Shown here in pieces: positions 38,993 to 48,275 of a stretch of DNA of 64,000 nt. This stretch comes from a bacterium (lineage in GTDB: Bacteria > UBA8248). Each line of letters opens with the position of its first letter. The stretch's first letter is position 1. The DNA is taken from assembly GCA_963692865.2 (NCBI GenBank), contig OY843592.1, forward strand, positions 1,696,001 to 1,760,000. The letters are read 5' to 3'. Under the pieces are notes generated by a model. That model was not told where the DNA came from, searched no databases, and saw only the letters and a list, made by a program, of their open reading frames with translations. The position numbers and the translations under genes were made by a program.

Positions 38993-39487
38993 ATGCGCAA
39001 AATAATTTTTGTATCAATTCTATCTGTTCTGTTTGCCGGGGGAACGGCAAAAGCCAACGACCTCGAATATGCGAAGCGTAGCACTAATCTAGGGCTACAA
39101 ATGGCATACGATCAATTAATACTTTCCCACGGCATCATTACAACATTATGCGCACAAAAACACGTGGCTACGTGCGACTTCTTTACCAAAGGCAAATACA
39201 TGCCTACTGCAATAGATGCACATTGGAAAGAATTGAAAGCATTAGAAAAGCTTAACACAAAACGGATATCCGGTACGGTGACGGCGGGCAAACGAAACCG
39301 GCGCAAAGTAGATTATGCCAAATGCCGCCTGAAAGCCATGCGAAACGTGCGCGGGAACAGAGGCGGCATCATAACTGGGCAATGGTATAAAGATGATTTG
39401 AACGAATTTACTCGGCTATGCATGGAAGCCAAGGGGTATACCTACGCCCCCAAAGAAGTAGTAAAGAAGCCAGAAGATTCCGAATAA
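38993..39487 (+). CDS. Hypothetical secreted protein, AT-rich relative to its neighbours
   Basis: GGAGG RBS, signal peptide MRKIIFVSILSVLFAGGTAKA, four Cys. No family recognised. Confidence 0.65.
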   Translation: MRKIIFVSILSVLFAGGTAKANDLEYAKRSTNLGLQMAYDQLILSHGIITTLCAQKHVATCDFFTKGKYMPTAIDAHWKELKALEKLNTKRISGTVTAGKRNRRKVDYAKCRLKAMRNVRGNRGGIITGQWYKDDLNEFTRLCMEAKGYTYAPKEVVKKPEDSE

Positions 39488-39534
39488 CTCAAACTAAGGC
39501 ACTACCCTCCTTTCACCGATGAGGACGAAACTAC

Positions 39535-40710
39535 ATGAACTTTGACTTGAACGAAGAACAGAAGGCATGGCGCGATAAGGCGAGAAAATTCGCGGAAGAA
39601 GAAGTCGCGCCCATATCCCTCGAGCGGGACATGATTCCCGATCCGCGCGAGACCTTCGACTGGGAGATCATCAGGAAAGGCTCCAGGCTCGGTTTCCGCA
39701 CCGCCGTCGTGCCGAAAGAGCGCGGGGGCCACGGGATCGATTTCGTCACCCAGGCGCTGGTGATGGAGGAAATCGCGCGCGGCGACAGCGCGATCTCCAA
39801 GACCTTCAGCCAGTGCTGGAAGTGGAGCCACCTGATAGCCGCCTCCTGCACGGATGATCAGAAGGACAGGTTCCTGAAGCCGTTTCTCGAAGACGACACT
39901 TATCTCCTCGGCAAGGGCGGAACCGAGGAGACGGCTGGTTCCGACAACCGCATGCCCTCGGACGACCCCCGGACGGGCTGGAAGCTCCAGGCGGTGCGCG
40001 ACGGCGACGAATGGGTGCTGAACGGGCGCAAGCGCTACATCGCCAACGGGAGCGTGGGGAAGCTCTTTTTCATCGACGGCAGAACCGACCCCGACGTCCC
40101 CATCACGCAGGGCACCACGCTCTTCCTGGTGCCGGCGGATACGCCGGGGTTCCGGGTGGGGAAGGTGTACGACAAGATCGGCTGGCGCTTTTACCAGAAC
40201 GCCGAGCTCATCTTCGAGGACGCCCGCGTGCCGCACGCCAACGTGGTGGGCGAGGTGAACCGGGGCATTCAGGCGCGAAAGGGCGATACGTCGGAATTCG
40301 GCGATCTCGAACTCTCCGCCAACGGGCTGGGCGTGTGCCAGGCGGCGGTCGACATGGCGATGCGCCAGGCCAGAACGCGCTGGCAGGGCGGCAAATACAT
40401 CATCGAGCACCAGGCCATACAGCTCAAACTCGCCGAGATGCACATGCTCACCGAGGCGCTTCGCTCCTACGTCATGCGCACGGCCTGCGACCTCGCAAAG
40501 GGCGCCGACCGCGAGATGAAGCACAACATCCTGCTCATGAACTTCGCGACGGACGTCATCCAGCGCGTCACCCACCTCTGCATGGACATCCACGGGGGCG
40601 CGGGCGTCATGAAGGACGTGGGCGTGGAAAAACTCGTCCGCGACGCGATCGTCTGGACGCATCTCGCCGGCGACGCCGTACAGCGCATCAAGGTCATCAA
40701 GCACCTTTAG
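39535..40710 (+). CDS. Acyl-CoA dehydrogenase family protein
   Basis: MNFDLNEEQ, TE..AGSD, WVLNGRKRYI.NG, KIGWR and IHGGAG......VEK..RD motifs. Confidence 0.92.
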   Translation: MNFDLNEEQKAWRDKARKFAEEEVAPISLERDMIPDPRETFDWEIIRKGSRLGFRTAVVPKERGGHGIDFVTQALVMEEIARGDSAISKTFSQCWKWSHLIAASCTDDQKDRFLKPFLEDDTYLLGKGGTEETAGSDNRMPSDDPRTGWKLQAVRDGDEWVLNGRKRYIANGSVGKLFFIDGRTDPDVPITQGTTLFLVPADTPGFRVGKVYDKIGWRFYQNAELIFEDARVPHANVVGEVNRGIQARKGDTSEFGDLELSANGLGVCQAAVDMAMRQARTRWQGGKYIIEHQAIQLKLAEMHMLTEALRSYVMRTACDLAKGADREMKHNILLMNFATDVIQRVTHLCMDIHGGAGVMKDVGVEKLVRDAIVWTHLAGDAVQRIKVIKHL

Positions 40711-40723
40711 GCTGAGGGATTTC

Positions 40724-41803
40724 ATGAGCGAAAAAACGGTTTCCCTTGCCGTCATCCTGGGCGACGGCGTGGGGCACGACGTGCTGCCCGTGGCGACGGA
40801 GGTGATACAGACTGCATCGGGCGCGATCGGAGTGGAAGTCAAGCCTGAAATCTATGACTACGGCGCGCTCCACTATCTCGAGCACGGAACCCCGCTGCCC
40901 GAGGACGTGAACGGCCTTGTGCGCGGCCTGGCGGAGAAGCACGACGCCATCCTTTTCGGAAGCGCCGGCCTCGACCCCAGAATCCCCGAAGACGTGAACT
41001 GCCGTGACCTCCTGCGCGCGCTTAGGTTCGAACTCGATTTGTACGTGAACCTGCGGCCGTCGCCGCTGCTGCACCCCGATTTCTGTCCCCTGAAGAAAGA
41101 CGCCCCCATCGACTTGGTCGTCGTGCGCGAGAACACCGAGGGCGTGAACGTGCGCGTGGGCGGCAACTTCAAGAAGGGGACGCCGGATGAGGTCGCCATC
41201 CAGGAGGACATCAACACCTACAAGGGCGTCTCGCGCATCTGCCGCTACGCCTTCGAATACGCGCGAAAACACGGCTACCCCAAGGTGACGATGGCGGACA
41301 AGCACGGCTCCCTCATTCACGCGCACGGCCTGTGGCAGCGGGTGTTCTGGGCGGTCTCGGAGGAATTCCCCGACGTGGCGGGGGAGCACTACTTCATCGA
41401 CACCCTGTGCCAGGACCTCCTGTTCAAGCCGGAGGATTTCGGCGTCATCGTCACCAACAACATGTACGGCGACATCCTGAGCGATCTGTGCGCGGGACTC
41501 GTGGGGGGCGTGGGGCTGGCGGCGTCGGGGTGCATTCACCCGGGCCGCGTGTGCATGTTCGAGCCGGTGCACGGCACGGCGCCCGACATCGCGCTCAAGG
41601 GAATCGCGAACCCCTTCGCCGTCTGCCTGACGGGGAGAATCATGCTGAACACGCTGGGCCTCGATGAGTCGGCGAACCTGATCTGGGAGGCGATTCGCTC
41701 CGCCGTCCGCGAGAAAAAGACCACGGCGGATCTCGGCGGTTCGCTCAATACCCGGGAAGTGGGCGATTACCTCTGCGCGCACATCGAAAAATCAAGCGCG
41801 TAA
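40724..41803 (+). CDS. Isocitrate/isopropylmalate/tartrate dehydrogenase family protein
   Basis: GDGVG, VRENTEG, NMYGDILSDL and FEPVHGTAPDIA..GIANP motifs. Confidence 0.9.
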   Translation: MSEKTVSLAVILGDGVGHDVLPVATEVIQTASGAIGVEVKPEIYDYGALHYLEHGTPLPEDVNGLVRGLAEKHDAILFGSAGLDPRIPEDVNCRDLLRALRFELDLYVNLRPSPLLHPDFCPLKKDAPIDLVVVRENTEGVNVRVGGNFKKGTPDEVAIQEDINTYKGVSRICRYAFEYARKHGYPKVTMADKHGSLIHAHGLWQRVFWAVSEEFPDVAGEHYFIDTLCQDLLFKPEDFGVIVTNNMYGDILSDLCAGLVGGVGLAASGCIHPGRVCMFEPVHGTAPDIALKGIANPFAVCLTGRIMLNTLGLDESANLIWEAIRSAVREKKTTADLGGSLNTREVGDYLCAHIEKSSA

Positions 41804-41835
41804 GTTTTTGATTTTAATGACGAAGAGGATGATTC

Positions 41836-43521
41836 ATGCCCTTTGAAGTCGGCGCGCCCGCCCACGCGGGCCAGATCGTCGTGGACGCCCTCGTCAGGGA
41901 GAACGTCAGGAGGCTCTATTGCCTTCCCGGCTCCCATCTTCTGCAGTTCTACGACGCGCTCCGCGAAGCCCCCTCCATCGGCCTCGTCACCTGCAAGCAG
42001 GAGCCGAACGCCTCCCTGATGGCCGACGCCTACGGGCGGCTCACCGGAGAGCCGGGCGTGTGCCTGCTCACGGCGGGCCCCGGCGGCGCCAACTCCATCG
42101 CGGGCGTGGCGCAGGCCTACGGCGCTGCTTCGCCGATGGTGCACATCACCGGCTCCGTACCTCTGGACGCATCGCGCGAGGCGTTCCACGGCGTGGACGA
42201 CCCCGACTTTCTGGTCGAGATGTTCCAGAAGGTCACCAAGTGGAGCGTCCGCGTGAAGCGCATCGAGGAGATATCCGGCGTCATGGCGAAGGCGTTTCAC
42301 GTCGCCAGAAGCGGGCGGCCGGGGCCGGTGCACGTCGAGATACCGAGGCTCGGCGACTACAGCCCCCATCTGTTGCAGGATGCCCCCATCGCTCTGCCCG
42401 AATATGAGCCGAAGCCCACGCAGGTCGTCGCCCCCAATGCGGAGGACGTCGCCCAGTACGCGCGCAGGTTGCTGGCGGCGGAGTATCCCGTCATCTGCGC
42501 GGGCAAGGGCGTGATGCGGAAAGGCGCTATGGACGAACTCTCGCGCATCGCCGATAAGTTCTCGATTCCCGTCATCTACCCCCAGGATGCGATGGGCGTC
42601 ATCCCGGAAGACCACCCCCTGGCGGTGGGGCATTACTTCGCCTTCAGGAACACCCGGTTCATGGACGGCGTCACCTCCAGGTGCGACTTGATGATGTTCA
42701 TCGGCCTGAGAGCCGACACGGCGGAGGTGGAGCACATCGAACCCTATGCGCCTTCCGAGCGGATTTTCATCGGCTTCGACGATGCGGAGGATGCGCACTA
42801 CGGCGGCGCCGACGAGATAGTAGCGGATCCAAAGATGTTCCTGAGCGCCCTGGAGGCGCATCTGGAGAGCGAGGGCGGACGGGCTGGCGCCGAGGTCAGG
42901 GAGCAGGTCGCCGAGGGAAAGGCGGACTTGAGGAGGCAGGCTCTGGATGTCACCCAAGGCCATGAGAGCGAGACGCCGATCCATCCGGCGCTGTTGATGG
43001 AAAGGCTCAGCAAGCACATCAAGCCCGACGCGGTCGTCGTCTCCGACGTGGGCAACTGCCAGATGTTCGCGCGCTACTACGTGCCGCTCACGAACCGGTT
43101 CTCCTTCATGCAGTCGGGCGTGTGGAACGCCATGTCCTTCGCGCTGCCCACGGCCATCGTCGCCAAGATGGAATACCCCGAACGCGACGTCATCGGCCTG
43201 GTGGGAGACGGCGCGTTCCTGATGACGATCGGCGATTTCGTGACGGCGAGCGAATACGGCGCCGATATCGTGATGATCGTCCTGAACGACGGCTCCTACG
43301 GCCAGATAGACCGCCAGCAGCAGAACCTCTACGGCGCGGCCTACGGCTGTGATTTCAAGAGCCCCAATTTCGCCGGGATGGCGGGTTCTTTCGACGCGTT
43401 CGGCGTGCGGGTGGAAGACCCCGCCGACCTCGACGGGGCCATCGAGGCGGCGCTCACTGCGGGCCAGCCGGCCATCGTGGAAGTCATGACGCGCGAACAG
43501 CCGCTCCCGAAGATTTCTTGA
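41836..43521 (+). CDS. Thiamine pyrophosphate-binding protein (acetolactate synthase large subunit-like)
   Basis: E..ASLMADAYGR, TAGPG..N, GRPGPV and the TPP motif GDGAF...LND. Confidence 0.9.
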   Translation: MPFEVGAPAHAGQIVVDALVRENVRRLYCLPGSHLLQFYDALREAPSIGLVTCKQEPNASLMADAYGRLTGEPGVCLLTAGPGGANSIAGVAQAYGAASPMVHITGSVPLDASREAFHGVDDPDFLVEMFQKVTKWSVRVKRIEEISGVMAKAFHVARSGRPGPVHVEIPRLGDYSPHLLQDAPIALPEYEPKPTQVVAPNAEDVAQYARRLLAAEYPVICAGKGVMRKGAMDELSRIADKFSIPVIYPQDAMGVIPEDHPLAVGHYFAFRNTRFMDGVTSRCDLMMFIGLRADTAEVEHIEPYAPSERIFIGFDDAEDAHYGGADEIVADPKMFLSALEAHLESEGGRAGAEVREQVAEGKADLRRQALDVTQGHESETPIHPALLMERLSKHIKPDAVVVSDVGNCQMFARYYVPLTNRFSFMQSGVWNAMSFALPTAIVAKMEYPERDVIGLVGDGAFLMTIGDFVTASEYGADIVMIVLNDGSYGQIDRQQQNLYGAAYGCDFKSPNFAGMAGSFDAFGVRVEDPADLDGAIEAALTAGQPAIVEVMTREQPLPKIS

Positions 43522-43523
43522 GG

Positions 43524-43897
43524 AGGGATGTTGAAAAACCCTCGATCTCGAAATTCGGCGTATGGCGCCGACCGGGGGGCTATAGCGGACAGGCCCCTGC
43601 GCCTGTCCGAGGTCGCGACCTTGGACCGTTCACAAGAACGGCCCACTACGAGGTCGTGCGGTTTTGTTCGTTATTCCGGCGCATGCCGGAATCCAGGGAC
43701 TTTGCTTTTGTTTTTTTCTTCTGTATTCCCGCCAAAGAGTGGGGGATGAAAAACCGGAGCGTTGCCATTCTCCTCGGCTCTGGATTCCGGCTTTCGCCGG
43801 AATGACGGTGAGTAATCTCGATTGTAGGGGCGGTTCGCGAACCGCCCCTACGGAGCCAAGTCGACCGAGAGGCGTAAGGGGGTTTTTCAACAGCCCC
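43524..43897. mobile_element. MITE-like element with IS1182-type ends and REP cargo
   Basis: Ends gggatgttgaaaaaccc / gggtttttcaacagcccc. Contains a CGTC doublet (about 43669-43808) and gtaggggcggttcgcgaaccgcccctac. Confidence 0.75.
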
Positions 43898-43974
43898 CTA
43901 CGCGCCGGTGGAAGTCTTTCCACCCATCTCCTTCATCACGGAAAATAACCGCTCAATAATCAAGGAGTTTGACC

Positions 43975-44757
43975 ATGGACATTCGTCTGGACGGAAAAAA
44001 AGCGCTCATCACGGGCGGCAGCCGGGGCATGGGCCGGGGCATGGCGCTCAAGTTCTCCGAATCGGGGGCGGAAGTGGCGGTCGTCGCGAGGCGGCCCGAC
44101 GTGCTCGAGGAGACGAGGCGCGAGATCGAGGCCGCCACCGGGGGCCGGGTGTTCGCCTATTCGTGCGATATGCGCGACGCCGAGGCGATCAAGAATATGT
44201 GGGCCGCGGCGCTCGGGGATTTGGGCCAAATCGACATTCTTGTGAACAACGCGGGCGCCTCCACCCGGGGCCCGTTCGAGGAAATCAGCGACGAGATTTG
44301 GGAGGAGGACCTGGGCCTCAAGCTCTTCGGCGCCATCCGGACCTGCCGCCTCGCGTTTCCCGCGATGAAGGCGCGCCGCTGGGGCCGCATCATCAACGTC
44401 GTGACGGTTGCGGGAAAAGCGCCGCCCGCCACGAGCGCGCCCACGTCGGTCTCGCGCGCCGCAGGCATGGCGATGACCAAGGTGCTGGCGGGCGAAGGCG
44501 CGCCCTACGGCGTCCTGGTGAACGCGCTTTGCACGGGCCGCATCGTGACGGATCAGATCGCGCGGCGCTACGAGCGGGAGAAGCCCGGAATCTCATTTGA
44601 GGAATACGTCGCCGAAGCGGGGCGCGACATACCGCTCGGCAGGATGGGAACCGCCGAGGAATACGCCAACATGGCGTGTTTTCTCGCGTCCGACGCGGCT
44701 TCTTTCATCACGGGGACGGCGGTCAACATCGACGGGGGGTTCTGCCCGGTCGTGTAG
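43975..44757 (+). CDS. SDR family oxidoreductase
   Basis: TGGSRGMG, LVNNAG and FITG..VNIDGG motifs. Confidence 0.92.
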   Translation: MDIRLDGKKALITGGSRGMGRGMALKFSESGAEVAVVARRPDVLEETRREIEAATGGRVFAYSCDMRDAEAIKNMWAAALGDLGQIDILVNNAGASTRGPFEEISDEIWEEDLGLKLFGAIRTCRLAFPAMKARRWGRIINVVTVAGKAPPATSAPTSVSRAAGMAMTKVLAGEGAPYGVLVNALCTGRIVTDQIARRYEREKPGISFEEYVAEAGRDIPLGRMGTAEEYANMACFLASDAASFITGTAVNIDGGFCPVV

Positions 44758-45053
44758 ACTCGGGGATTTCTTCTATATTTTCCGGGAGACTCCGAAAAGA
44801 GGCATCCCGCAGCTTTCGCCAGAACCGGCGCGCCGGCTCCGCTGGAAGCGGACGCTCCCGCCCGGGAGCAACAGAACCCAGGGGGCGAGTGGTCCTGCAC
44901 GCCTCGCCCCGGAGGCTCCCTGATGAAGAGGCGCTTGGCGGAGGCGCGCCGATTTGCTATGGATGATTCCGTATAGTTGACGTGAAACGTCTGCTCCCGC
45001 CGGAGAAGTATGAAAAGCCAGCGGCGCGGCTACCATGCCATGAGGTCATCCCC

Positions 45054-46205
45054 ATGAACGGCGACGCATTCGACGCCCTGGTCATCGGCGGCGGAATCAA
45101 CGGACTCTCCGCCCTCTATCACCTGAAACGGCTGGGCGCTGCGCGCGTCGGGCTGGTGGAGCGCTTCGAGATCGGACACGACCGGGGCAGTTCGCACGGC
45201 GCGGCCCGCGTCACGAGAAGCGCCTACGTCGCCCCTGAATACGTCCGCCTCATGCAGTGGGTGCACAAGGAAGAGTGGCCCAGGCTCGAAAAAGACTTGC
45301 GAAAAAAACTCGTGTATTCCAATCCCGGGATATACACCGGGCCGCCGTGCGAGCGTTACCATTCCTACATCCACGCGGTGGCGCAAGAGGGCGTGGACGT
45401 GGAGCTCCTCACCGCGGACGAGGCGCGGGAGCGGTTTCCCCAGTTCACCTTCGAGAATGCGGAGAGCGCCCTGCTGGACAAGACGGGAGGCTTCATATCC
45501 TCCAGGGAGGCGATCGATTCGCTCGCCGCGCTGGCCCGCGAGAACGGAGTGAGGGTCCTTGAGAACACCATCGTCCACGGAATCGACCCGGCGTCCGACC
45601 CCGTAAAGGTCGAAACGAGCGAGGGAACCTTGGAGAGCGAACGCCTCGTCGTGGCGGCGGGGGCGTGGGCGAAAGACTTGCTCCCGTTCCTGAAGCCCAG
45701 GCTCAACATCGCCCGCCAGACGGTCGGGTATTTCACGCCCGAGGATGATTTGGACGCCTACCGGCCCGGCCGTTTCCCGGTCTGGGCCTACAGGGAGCAG
45801 GACGAGAACAACCTTTTCTACGGGATGCCCGAATTCGGGCGCGCGGGCGTCAAGGTGGGCCGGCATCTGAGAGTCGGGGTGGATGACGATCCGGACAACC
45901 CGCCTGACGCCATCGACCAGGAGAAAATCGCCGACGTGAAGCGCTTCATGGCGCGCTTTTTCACCTGCAAGAACTGGACGCTCGCCGGGGCGGAACACTG
46001 CCTCTACACGAACGCGCCGAACGAGGATTTCATCATCGACTTACACCCCGAAAACCCGCGGGTCGCGTTCGGGGCCGGCTTCTCGGGCCACGGGTTCAAG
46101 TTCGGCCCTCTCACGGGAAGGCTTCTGGCCGAACTGGCGTGGGAGGGGAAAACTTCCATACCCGATGCCGAACTGGCGAGGCGCCTTTTTTCACTCAAGA
46201 AATAA
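45054..46205 (+). CDS. FAD-dependent amine oxidase (monomeric sarcosine oxidase/SolA-like)
   Basis: IGGGING, GSSHG..R..R, CLYT..P.EDFIID and GFSGHGFKF motifs. Confidence 0.88.
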   Translation: MNGDAFDALVIGGGINGLSALYHLKRLGAARVGLVERFEIGHDRGSSHGAARVTRSAYVAPEYVRLMQWVHKEEWPRLEKDLRKKLVYSNPGIYTGPPCERYHSYIHAVAQEGVDVELLTADEARERFPQFTFENAESALLDKTGGFISSREAIDSLAALARENGVRVLENTIVHGIDPASDPVKVETSEGTLESERLVVAAGAWAKDLLPFLKPRLNIARQTVGYFTPEDDLDAYRPGRFPVWAYREQDENNLFYGMPEFGRAGVKVGRHLRVGVDDDPDNPPDAIDQEKIADVKRFMARFFTCKNWTLAGAEHCLYTNAPNEDFIIDLHPENPRVAFGAGFSGHGFKFGPLTGRLLAELAWEGKTSIPDAELARRLFSLKK

Positions 46206-46649
46206 GGTCTTATCTCTCCCGATGAGGGTCCGCGTCCCTCGCGCGGCGACGGGTATGGATCCCTTAAAGCGAGCGCAGAAAGGCGAGCAGCGCCGCGATT
46301 TGAAGTCCATAGAGATTCCGAAGCACACCCATAAAATTTGATTCTTTGGTTTTTCTTCTTGACAAGGAAGGATTTCTGATAGATGGTTAATTATTAGTTA
46401 ACATTATTTAATTATCATTAACATCTGATCGTTTACTTGATTTCCACAAGTTGGAGGACGCCCGGCGGTTACAGAACTTACAAACAGGACTGATTCGACC
46501 GCACCGCATCAATTTGTCACGAGAAAGCAGAACTTGTCCTGCCCCGCTGCCCCATCATCTTCGTATTACCCCCACGATACGATGGCTGATGCGGGTGGCG
46601 GGGCGGCGGGTTTTTCGAAAGCCTATGACACCCCTTGCTCAATGAGTTT

Positions 46650-46978
46650 GTAGGGACATGCCTCTGTGCCTGTCCGAAGCCCCGTGTCTGTCCCTGTGAA
46701 GCGTAACCACGGTCCGAACTTTCCCTTTTCGGGAAGTTCGACGCCCCTACGAGTGAATACGCTTTTGATCGTCATTCCGGCGCATGCCGGAATCCAGGGA
46801 TTTTGCCTTTGTTTTTTTATTTCTTCTGTATTCCCGCCAGTGAGCGGGGGATGAAAAATCGGAGCCTCGCCATTCTCCTCGGCTCTGGATTCCGGCATTC
46901 GCCGGAATGACGGCGGTGGTCGATTCCGACCGATGAGGAAGGAATCGACCGAGCAAGGAGGACTTTTTCAACAACCCC
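46650..46978. repeat. REP cluster (GTAG unit plus CGTC doublet) ending in an IS1182-type TIR
   Basis: gtagggacatgcctctgtgcctgtcc, a CGTC doublet at about 46770-46912, and ggactttttcaacaacccc. Confidence 0.75.
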
Positions 46979-46995
46979 GGCGAACGGGGAATGCC

Positions 46996-47820
46996 TCAGG
47001 ACGCTCCATCCCCAATAAGCGCCCGCAGATTCTCCGCCGCCAGCCGCGCCGCCGTTTTTATGTCGGGTTTGGAAACTATCTGGCACGTCAGGTAGCCCGC
47101 ATACCCTATCGAGCGGAGCGCACCGATGACCTCATCGAAGGGAATGTGCCCGCCGCCGGGATAGTAGCGGTTGTTCTCGGCGATGTGCATGTGGCCCAGA
47201 AACGCTTTCGATTCGATGATGGGAGCCGTGAACGACGCCTCATCCGCGTTCATGTGGTAGGTGTCGAGCATGAGGACGAGGGCTTCATGGCCGAGTTCCC
47301 GGCAGAGCGCCGCGCCTTCGGCAGCCGTGGTCACGTTGTTGATCCAGTGACTGCACAAGGGCTCGAGATAGAGTCTGGCTCCCCGCGAGGCGGCCTCATC
47401 CGCGAGGCCGAGGAGCGCGTCGCGCATCCAGCGGAGAGAATCCTCGCGCCGCGCATCCTCGCAGAGGTTGCCGCGCGAGGAGCCGATCACCATGCCGCAC
47501 CCGAACCTCTGCGCCATATCGAGCGCGTCCAGGTGGCGGCGCCAGGACACCTGCCTGATCTCGGGGACGGGGTGGCACAGCCATATCCTGTCCTGAAAGC
47601 CCATGGCCGCCGTGTGGATCATCGAAACGGAAAGCCCCCGGCTGTTGATCTGCTTTTCTATCTCGTCCAAATCGAGTTCGGCTGGCTTACGCACCGAGAG
47701 CTCCACCGCCTCGAAACCCGCCTCGGCCACGCAATCGAGGTTCCCCGCCAGGGTCCCCTGCGCGCTGGGGAGGTTGGGGGTGGAAATATCCGGCGTGGCG
47801 ATCTGGTAGCTGAGCTTCAC
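46996..47820 (-). CDS. Sugar phosphate isomerase/epimerase (xylose isomerase-like TIM barrel)
   Basis: GFEAVEL, LEP, LDTYHM and H.HIAENNR..PG.GHI.F motifs. Confidence 0.88.
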   Translation of the reverse strand: MKLSYQIATPDISTPNLPSAQGTLAGNLDCVAEAGFEAVELSVRKPAELDLDEIEKQINSRGLSVSMIHTAAMGFQDRIWLCHPVPEIRQVSWRRHLDALDMAQRFGCGMVIGSSRGNLCEDARREDSLRWMRDALLGLADEAASRGARLYLEPLCSHWINNVTTAAEGAALCRELGHEALVLMLDTYHMNADEASFTAPIIESKAFLGHMHIAENNRYYPGGGHIPFDEVIGALRSIGYAGYLTCQIVSKPDIKTAARLAAENLRALIGDGAS

Positions 47821-48275
47821 GTTGCAGTCTCCTCTGCCCTCATCGCGCCCCAGGACGCGGCGCGGTGCGGCGTTATCTCAATCATCCATGCGTGGATCGT
47901 TATCGGTCCGCGGTACTGCGTGTATTTCTCCCGGAGCCGCTCCGCCGCCTTCTCATACGCTTCGGCGTCCGCCTCGGCATGGATGATCCTCGCGCTCCCG
48001 AAGATGAGGGCGAAGCCGAGTTTCGCCCAGTCGTCCTCGTAGTGATCCACCAGGAATGTGACCTGCGCGTTCTCGCGGATGTTGTCGAGCCTTTTGAGCC
48101 GCTCGACGTCTTTTTTCTGCTTGCCGTCCACCGGAACGTATATCTTCCCGTCCACCACGGCGAAAACGACGGGCACGACGTGGGGCGCGGCGTCCTTCCC
48201 CGCCGTCGCCAGCCGCGCCACGCGCGCGCGCTCCACGAACGCCCAGGCATCATCGCCGAATCTAGGCTTCGTCAT
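47817..48275 (-). CDS. PPOX-class (possibly F420-dependent) oxidoreductase, Rv0121-like
   Basis: ARVARLAT....PHVVPVVFA, VD.K.K...LKRL.NI.EN..V..LVDHY.DDW, and L..KY.QY. Confidence 0.82.
   Translation of the reverse strand: MTKPRFGDDAWAFVERARVARLATAGKDAAPHVVPVVFAVVDGKIYVPVDGKQKKDVERLKRLDNIRENAQVTFLVDHYEDDWAKLGFALIFGSARIIHAEADAEAYEKAAERLREKYTQYRGPITIHAWMIEITPHRAASWGAMRAEETAT

Noticed and set aside
40724-43521. Calling these genes leuB and ilvB
   Set aside because: Family motifs are present, but the context (acyl-CoA dehydrogenase upstream, no ilvN or leuCD) suggests catabolic paralogues, so no symbols were assigned.
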